From contig CBDCTJ010000003.1 of NCBI GenBank assembly GCA_965222115.1, forward strand, positions 384,001-448,000: a DNA stretch of 64,000 nt. Direction: 5' to 3'. The notes below the pieces were generated by a model that saw only the letters and a program-made list of their open reading frames with translations, was not told the origin of the DNA and ran no database searches. Source of the DNA: Planctomycetota bacterium (GTDB taxonomy: Bacteria > Planctomycetota > PLA2 > JAEUHO01). The translations under genes were made by a program, and so were the position numbers. How positions within the stretch are numbered: the first letter of the stretch is position 1; each line of letters starts with the position of its first letter. Shown here piece by piece: positions 58,301 through 64,000 of this stretch.

Positions 58301-58368
58301 TTCGGATTGGACACCCCACCAATACTCGGCGGAGGCGTCTAGCTCAACTGCGCGGGTGTTTCCTAGGC

Positions 58369-58635
58369 CTAATAGCCTACGAGGCAGTCGCCGCGATAGG
58401 GGTCGTTGATGTCGTAGTTGAAGAACATGTTGTCAATGCAGCGCTCGTTCTTGCGGAAGTTGCGGGCCTGCTGACGCCACATGGCGTTCCACTTGCCCTG
58501 CGCACCACAACGGTCGTTGTCGAGGCAGTTGGCGCACGTCGCTGTTTCGATGCCCTGGGCAGCGAAGCGACAACCGCTAAACGCGACGCCGGCGAAGAAT
58601 ACGAACGCGACAAGGAGACAAGTGCGCTTCGTCAT
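58369..58635 (-). CDS. Small Cys-rich lipoprotein (88 aa)
   Basis: GGGAG SD; MTKRTCLLVAFVFFAGVAFSG-C lipobox; five further Cys; C-terminal FFNYDINDPY. Confidence 0.7.
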   Translation of the reverse strand: MTKRTCLLVAFVFFAGVAFSGCRFAAQGIETATCANCLDNDRCGAQGKWNAMWRQQARNFRKNERCIDNMFFNYDINDPYRGDCLVGY

Positions 58636-59030
58636 GGATGAACTCCCATACTTAAACCGACGGCGATCCGTCGAGGGCAACTGTTGCCTGGAGCGGGCCG
58701 CCCTTCTTGGGCCTACACTCCAGTCTTTTCGACGGACGTCGCCAACTCGAATCGTTGAGGCAGCATGAAAAAGGGCCAGGGTCGGGTCCCTCAACCCGAC
58801 ACCCGGCGGCGTTTTCTCCGCGCGGATCGACGTTCGGCCCCAGTAGAGCCCTACGCAATCTGTCGCGGATGCCTCAAGATCCCTCCGATGGCGATCCTGT
58901 CGTGTGTTTTGGTATCAATCTTGACCCACGCGGTCAACACATTCCCACCCTGCCGCCCCCATTTGTTGCGTCCAGCGCTTACGCATGACTTTACCGTGAC
59001 ACAACACCCCCATTTGCCCCAAACTCCATC

Positions 59031-59049
59031 ATTCGCTCCCGGCACCAAT
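59031..59049. repeat. Isolated copy of the 19-bp REP-like motif
   Basis: attcgctcccggcaccaat matches the copy at 56863 at 18/19 positions. Confidence 0.75.
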
Positions 59050-59422
59050 TGCGGTACCGACGGCGCTAGGGAACCAATCGCACCCGGTCACCCCAATCGG
59101 CTCTCCGCGACGCATGCGCTTCGTGTCTTTCTGCTCTTCGTGTGAGCTTCTTCTTCTGCGAGACCCGGTCCGTTACCGACATCGTCACGATTTCAGTCGA
59201 CGCTCCCCCTCCGGACGCGCTTGGTGACCTTGGTGAGAGTCCTCTTCTCTTTGAAGCGCTCCGACACCATTCGGCCTGCATTCGCACTCTACGCGTTCCA
59301 AAATGTAAATCCCACCGCGCCTCTGCACCTCGGCGTCACTGCGTGAGACTAAGGGCCTACGACAGCACACGATTCAATAGGTCAGGAGACAGATTAAGCT
59401 TCAGTGTAGGGAAGAGGCGACG

Positions 59423-60520
59423 TTACGTCGTCTGGCCTCGATAGAGCCCATGATCTCGGATATACGCAGTCACATTGGGCGGCAAACCGACCGGTTTTTC
59501 GTCGGCTGCTAGCGCGGCACGAATAGCGGTCGAAGACACATTGAGTTCGGGCGCATCCAATGCCAATACTTCATCGGTGCGATCGGCGAGAGCCGCAGGT
59601 GGAGTGAGTTCAAACCCGGGGCGCGCGGCAACAAGTAACTGCGCCATGTCGAGAATGCGTTCCCAATCTTTCCAGGTATTGAAATCCTGATACATGTCGG
59701 CGCCCACCAGCAAGCGAAAGCGCGTGCCGGCGGGAAAGCGGCGAACCAATGAGTCGATCGTATCCACCGTGTAAGAAGGCCCCGCGCGCCGGCCTTCGAG
59801 CTCCAAGACTTCGGTGCGTGGCAGGCCTTCGGTTCCCAAACGCGTCATAGCAACACGGTGATGAAACGGCGTACCCAGCGGCCCATCGTCGTCCAGTTCT
59901 TCATCCACAAACTTGTGAGGCGCTGCACCGGCGACGACGACCAACAGGCGATCGTTGTAACGCAATGCCGCTTCGCAAAGTGCACGATGGCCGTCATGAA
60001 ACGGATCAAAACTCCCGCCATACACGCACACGCGCAATCCGACGACCTCCGCGGGAGCTTCCGTGGGTCGCGAGAACCAGACTTGCATCGCCAAGTGAAA
60101 CGCGAGGGCGAAGCAGAGCCACAGGAGCGACTTGGGCACGACGTCGATGACTGCCAACATGCCCGCAGACGAAAACATCATTGCGCCAATCAGCATGGCC
60201 ACGCGCGTGGACATGGGTGCCACGGCGATGGGCACCATGAGTGCGGCGCCTGCGATGAACCATGCGGGCACGTCGGCCACGCCGCGCGTCGCGCCGGGGA
60301 TCCACGCAGCGAGGATGAGCAAAACGCCTAGACCGAACTGAATCACCCGGCGCTGTCCATGCCGAACTCGAATCGGTAGACACGCAAGCGCGCCCAACAA
60401 TCCTACAAATGCCGCGCCCGCGGCATAAAGCACGCGTCCTTGGATGCCGTGCACGACGGCGAGGGTAACTCCCACCACAGCCACAAGCAGCGGCACCCAA
60501 AGATCACGCTTCTCACTCAA
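59423..60520 (-). CDS. nadD: Nicotinate-nucleotide adenylyltransferase NadD with N-terminal multi-TM domain
   Basis: About 150-aa hydrophobic N-terminus, then YGGSFDPFHDGH, PSYTVDT, LVGADMY..F.TW, VSSTAIR, YIRDHGLY. Confidence 0.85.
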   Translation of the reverse strand: MSEKRDLWVPLLVAVVGVTLAVVHGIQGRVLYAAGAAFVGLLGALACLPIRVRHGQRRVIQFGLGVLLILAAWIPGATRGVADVPAWFIAGAALMVPIAVAPMSTRVAMLIGAMMFSSAGMLAVIDVVPKSLLWLCFALAFHLAMQVWFSRPTEAPAEVVGLRVCVYGGSFDPFHDGHRALCEAALRYNDRLLVVVAGAAPHKFVDEELDDDGPLGTPFHHRVAMTRLGTEGLPRTEVLELEGRRAGPSYTVDTIDSLVRRFPAGTRFRLLVGADMYQDFNTWKDWERILDMAQLLVAARPGFELTPPAALADRTDEVLALDAPELNVSSTAIRAALAADEKPVGLPPNVTAYIRDHGLYRGQTT

Positions 60521-60662
60521 TTGGACCTGCCTCGTATCCAGTGGGCCGCAGTTCGCCTCCCGAACGAGCGGCTATGGGTCGTGACCCTAACACAGTGCCC
60601 GTTGCGGGTGCGGCCCTGCGCCACGGTGCTTCTGTGCCTGAGTGCGGCGGTAGCCTTCGTGC

Positions 60663-61628
60663 ATGCGCGTCGATACGCCAATTCCCTGCGTCATTGGGCC
60701 AACCGCGTCGGGCAAGACTGACGTCGCGGCCGCGGCCATTGCCATGCAAAATCGCAAGGCCTGCGTGATCAGTTGCGACGCGTATGCCGTCTACCGCGAC
60801 CTTCCCATCCTCACCGCGGCGCCCGACTCGACGCCCCAACTCCCCCACCGGCTCGTAGGCATCATTGGCACGGATGAAACCTATGACGCGGCACGCTTTC
60901 TCACCGATTGCGACTACGAAGTCTCGAATGCGCGAAACGAAGGCCGTGATCCTTGGATTGTTGGCGGCACGGCACTGTACTTACGCTGCTGGCTCAAGGG
61001 ATTGGGCACCGGCGTCCCGCGCAACGAAGTCTATCGAAACGAACTCCGTCGATTGGCCGATCTGCATGGACCCGGTGCGCTTCATGAAAAGCTGGCCGCG
61101 TTGGATTCGCGCCGCGCCGACGCGTTGCATCCCAATGACTTGCGTCGCGTTGTACGTGCGCTTGAAATCATCGAAGCCACCGGACGCCCTGCCAGCGACC
61201 AACGACTCGAGTGGCAAGCGGCGAATCGCGTATCGGCCACAGTGGTTGGCTTGCGCCGCACACGAGAGGACTTGCGTGAACGTATTGCGCGGCGCACCGC
61301 CATGATGTTTGATGCGGGCGTCGTCGATGAAGTGCGAATAGCCCGCTCCCAACCCATGAGCCCGGAGGCACGGCAAACGCTCGGGTTTGAAGAAGTGAGC
61401 GCGGTCTTGGATGGCACGTTGAGCAAGGCGGAAGCGGCGGAGAAGATTTCTCAAAAGTCATTGCAATTCGCGCGCAAGCAAATGACGTTCTTCCGTTCGT
61501 TTCAGGATGTGTACTGGATCGACGTAGCGTCCGATGCGATTGCGACGGAGATCGCATCCAACGTGCTTGAGATTCTTGATCGATCCGTCGATGCCCCCGA
61601 ATCGCGGTCGGATTCAGCGAAAAAATAG
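60663..61628 (+). CDS. miaA: tRNA dimethylallyltransferase
   Basis: GPTASGKT, ISCDAYAVYR, VGGTALY, HPNDLRRVVRALE, FARKQMTFF. Confidence 0.92.
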   Translation: MRVDTPIPCVIGPTASGKTDVAAAAIAMQNRKACVISCDAYAVYRDLPILTAAPDSTPQLPHRLVGIIGTDETYDAARFLTDCDYEVSNARNEGRDPWIVGGTALYLRCWLKGLGTGVPRNEVYRNELRRLADLHGPGALHEKLAALDSRRADALHPNDLRRVVRALEIIEATGRPASDQRLEWQAANRVSATVVGLRRTREDLRERIARRTAMMFDAGVVDEVRIARSQPMSPEARQTLGFEEVSAVLDGTLSKAEAAEKISQKSLQFARKQMTFFRSFQDVYWIDVASDAIATEIASNVLEILDRSVDAPESRSDSAKK

Positions 61629-61669
61629 GCCTATAACCGGTTGGGCGCGTTCGCGTCTAATCGGGCAGC

Positions 61670-62260
61670 ATGACGGCATCCGCGTATCCAGCGACGTTGA
61701 TGGATCTGGCAGGTGCGTCCGACACCCCCGTGAGGCACGGCGTGCGAAATCAGGAGCAATCGGCGGCATTTGCCCAGTTGGTGCATGAGCACGCCGACAT
61801 GCTCTTCGCTGTGGCCTGCCGCCTGGGGAGTCGGGACAGCGCCGACGATCTTGTCCAAGAGACCTTTACAAAGGCCTGGCGCAACATGGCCCGATTTCGC
61901 GGTGACGCGTCTGCGCGCACCTGGCTCTATCGGATACTCGTCAATGCATCTCGCGACCGATTCCGACGTGAGTCACGAGCGAAACGCACACCGCTACGTG
62001 TACACCCACCGCGTGATCCGAGTCAGCGTGCCCAACAAGGCGACCTCGTCCGGCGCGTGCTGGGCGAGTTGAGCGCCTTGCCAGAACGTCAGCGCGAAGC
62101 CTTGCTACTTCGTGCGCGCGCCGGCTTTTCGTACGCAGAAATATCAGAAGTGATGGGCGTCACCATCGGTTCCGTCAAGGCCCACTTAGTAGCCGCCCGA
62201 AAGTCGCTCGCCGAGCGAGTCGGCAAAGACGTTGCCGCTTACGGCAGGAAACCAGCATGA
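61670..62260 (+). CDS. ECF RNA polymerase sigma factor
   Basis: ADDLVQETFTKAW, FRGDASARTWLYRI, LPERQREALLL, SYAEISEVMG. Confidence 0.92.
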   Translation: MTASAYPATLMDLAGASDTPVRHGVRNQEQSAAFAQLVHEHADMLFAVACRLGSRDSADDLVQETFTKAWRNMARFRGDASARTWLYRILVNASRDRFRRESRAKRTPLRVHPPRDPSQRAQQGDLVRRVLGELSALPERQREALLLRARAGFSYAEISEVMGVTIGSVKAHLVAARKSLAERVGKDVAAYGRKPA

Positions 62261-63975
62261 ACAAATCCGACACGCATTATGAAAACGCCGACTGCGCGGA
62301 GTGCCCAACAAGCGAAGCGCTCCACGCCTGGATTGACGGCGAAACGACGGCCGATGAAAGCGCGCGGCTAGAGCAACATGCGTCGACGTGTGCGTCTTGC
62401 AGTGAAGAAGCCGCCATGGTGCGGGTGCTAAACGACATTGTGGCTACACCCGAATCCACGCCGGCATCATTGGTCGACGAACTCTTGGCGAATCAGACCC
62501 TCGCGACGAACCACATGGAGCGTACGGCGTCGACGTCAATGGCTCGCTATGCATTGGCGGCATGTGCATTGCTTGGCGTCGGCTTGCTGGGTTACTTCCT
62601 TGGTAGTGCTTCCAATTCAGTCAAAAAGGAAACGCGTTCAGAGGCATCGACATCCGATACGCAATCGGTGGTCACGGCTGAAATTCAGGAGGGCGCGCGT
62701 GGCACAACCATCGAGACCTATCCACCAGCGCCCGTGCGATCGACGATGGAGCAGATTGCCTTGGCACTCACTGCTTCGCCTTCGAGTGCCCATGCACTGC
62801 TTGCCCAGCATCGACGCGACGCCGCGGCCTGGTTGCATGCGTTTGCCAAAGGGGACAACGCCGCACGGGCGCGGGCGGCAATCGCGCAACTGCCTGAATT
62901 CGGAAACCGACAAAGCACCAAAGTAATCGGCACATTGCTTTCGGATGTGTCGCGTCAGGAAGCGGCACTACGCGCGCTTACGGCAATCGGATCGCGCGAG
63001 GCAGCGGAAGAGATCCTCAACGAGCGGCATGAAATCGATGCACGACGTCGTTATCTCGCACTCGCAGCCATCGGTGACGATTCGAGTATGAGTGAATTAC
63101 TCGGGCGCGAGAGTGAGTCAGAAACAATCCGTTTGGTCGTACGGCAGGCGATTGAACGCTACCCCGACACAACAATCCCCGCGCTACTGAAAGTCGCCGC
63201 CTCGAATGATCCACGACTCGCAACGAGAGCGCTGTCCCACCTTGAACGACTGCGTCCCGCAACAGCGGTGGATGCGCTTGCCTCACTGCTCGATAAAGAA
63301 CACACCCACGTCGCGGCTGCACGTGTATTAGCTCGTATCGACACAGACGAGTCGCTTCGTGCATTGCTTCGCGTGCGCCCATCCCCAACGTTTGACGCTG
63401 TGTTCTCACTCGTGGGCCCCCATGGCGAAGCGCTACTCATTGAACAACTCGCTTCCGATTCGTGGCGCACACGCACTCGCGCGATTGAATTGCTCTCGCG
63501 CTGTGGTGATGTGAATGCCGCCCGCGCGTTGGCAGCACTTGCGGACGTCCCGGCAAGTGCACCGGCTGCGATTGCAGCCATAGGCCATATTCGACATCCG
63601 CTCTCGGTTGAGATACTCGATCAGCTCTCTGCGCACGCACGCCATCGCTTCGACATCGTTCGCGCATTGGGCGCGACGGGTCTTGCGGAAGCCGTGCCCG
63701 TGTTATTGCGTCTTGGGCGTCAAGAACGACGTCTACGAGCCGCTGCGATTGAAGCACTCGCTATGGTGCCCATGAGTGCCGCGGTAGAGGCCATTGTGCG
63801 CTTGGACGGCCGTGGGCGCCTTTCAACACCGACCAAAGAAGCACTGCAGCGTATGGACGACGAACTCGTTCGCGCCACGCTTCATGCAATGTTGGAAGGA
63901 CCTCACAGCGCGCATGCCCAACGTGCCATTCAGCGCCTGACGCGTGAGGTTCTGCAACCGGGAACGCGCGAATAG
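62257..63975 (+). CDS. Zinc-finger (ZAS) anti-sigma factor with TM and HEAT repeats
   Basis: HASTCASC (HxxxCxxC), LHAWIDGE, one TM, C-terminal HEAT-like repeats; ATGA overlap with the sigma gene. Confidence 0.82.
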   Translation: MNKSDTHYENADCAECPTSEALHAWIDGETTADESARLEQHASTCASCSEEAAMVRVLNDIVATPESTPASLVDELLANQTLATNHMERTASTSMARYALAACALLGVGLLGYFLGSASNSVKKETRSEASTSDTQSVVTAEIQEGARGTTIETYPPAPVRSTMEQIALALTASPSSAHALLAQHRRDAAAWLHAFAKGDNAARARAAIAQLPEFGNRQSTKVIGTLLSDVSRQEAALRALTAIGSREAAEEILNERHEIDARRRYLALAAIGDDSSMSELLGRESESETIRLVVRQAIERYPDTTIPALLKVAASNDPRLATRALSHLERLRPATAVDALASLLDKEHTHVAAARVLARIDTDESLRALLRVRPSPTFDAVFSLVGPHGEALLIEQLASDSWRTRTRAIELLSRCGDVNAARALAALADVPASAPAAIAAIGHIRHPLSVEILDQLSAHARHRFDIVRALGATGLAEAVPVLLRLGRQERRLRAAAIEALAMVPMSAAVEAIVRLDGRGRLSTPTKEALQRMDDELVRATLHAMLEGPHSAHAQRAIQRLTREVLQPGTRE

Positions 63976-64000
63976 CCAATCCGCACACAATCGACTTTCT

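Noticed and set aside
57078-58409. 443-aa plus-strand ORF
   Set aside because: Antisense shadow of serS.
58921-58937. FNR/CRP box
   Set aside because: The palindrome spacing (TTGAC-N7-GTCAA) does not match TTGAT-N4-ATCAA; kept only as an unassigned palindrome.

Overview
Bacterial chromosome segment of roughly 60% GC (estimated by eye). A Planctomycetota origin is inferred from the ECF-sigma/Ser-Thr-kinase modules, kinase-FGE fusions, HEAT-repeat proteins and the TsaC-phosphatase fusion. Housekeeping genes: ppdK, yebC, rplM-rpsI, infC (AUU start), tsaC-fusion/rpiB, split pntAA/AB/B, arsC, rpsU, serS, a membrane-fused nadD and miaA. Other blocks: a pilB-pilT-pilB pilus motor cluster and a T2SS-like gspD-E-F-G-H-I-J operon. 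The most interesting accessory content is: (i) an ECF sigma operon with a catalytically dead kinase-FGE protein followed by an intact one; (ii) a membrane kinase with a DUF928-like extracytoplasmic domain, co-transcribed with an exported TPR-CHAT protease and two lipoproteins, plus a paralogous kinase sitting head-to-head with a second ECF; (iii) a CarH-type B12 photoreceptor divergent from a SOUL heme-binding protein and an outer-membrane barrel, followed by a collapsed cfa remnant; (iv) a 245-bp MITE with perfect 19-bp terminal inverted repeats that supplies an esterase stop codon; and (v) several intergenic tandem and REP-like repeats. No rRNA, tRNA, CRISPR array or reverse transcriptase was seen. 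All family assignments are from motif recognition; no database search was run.
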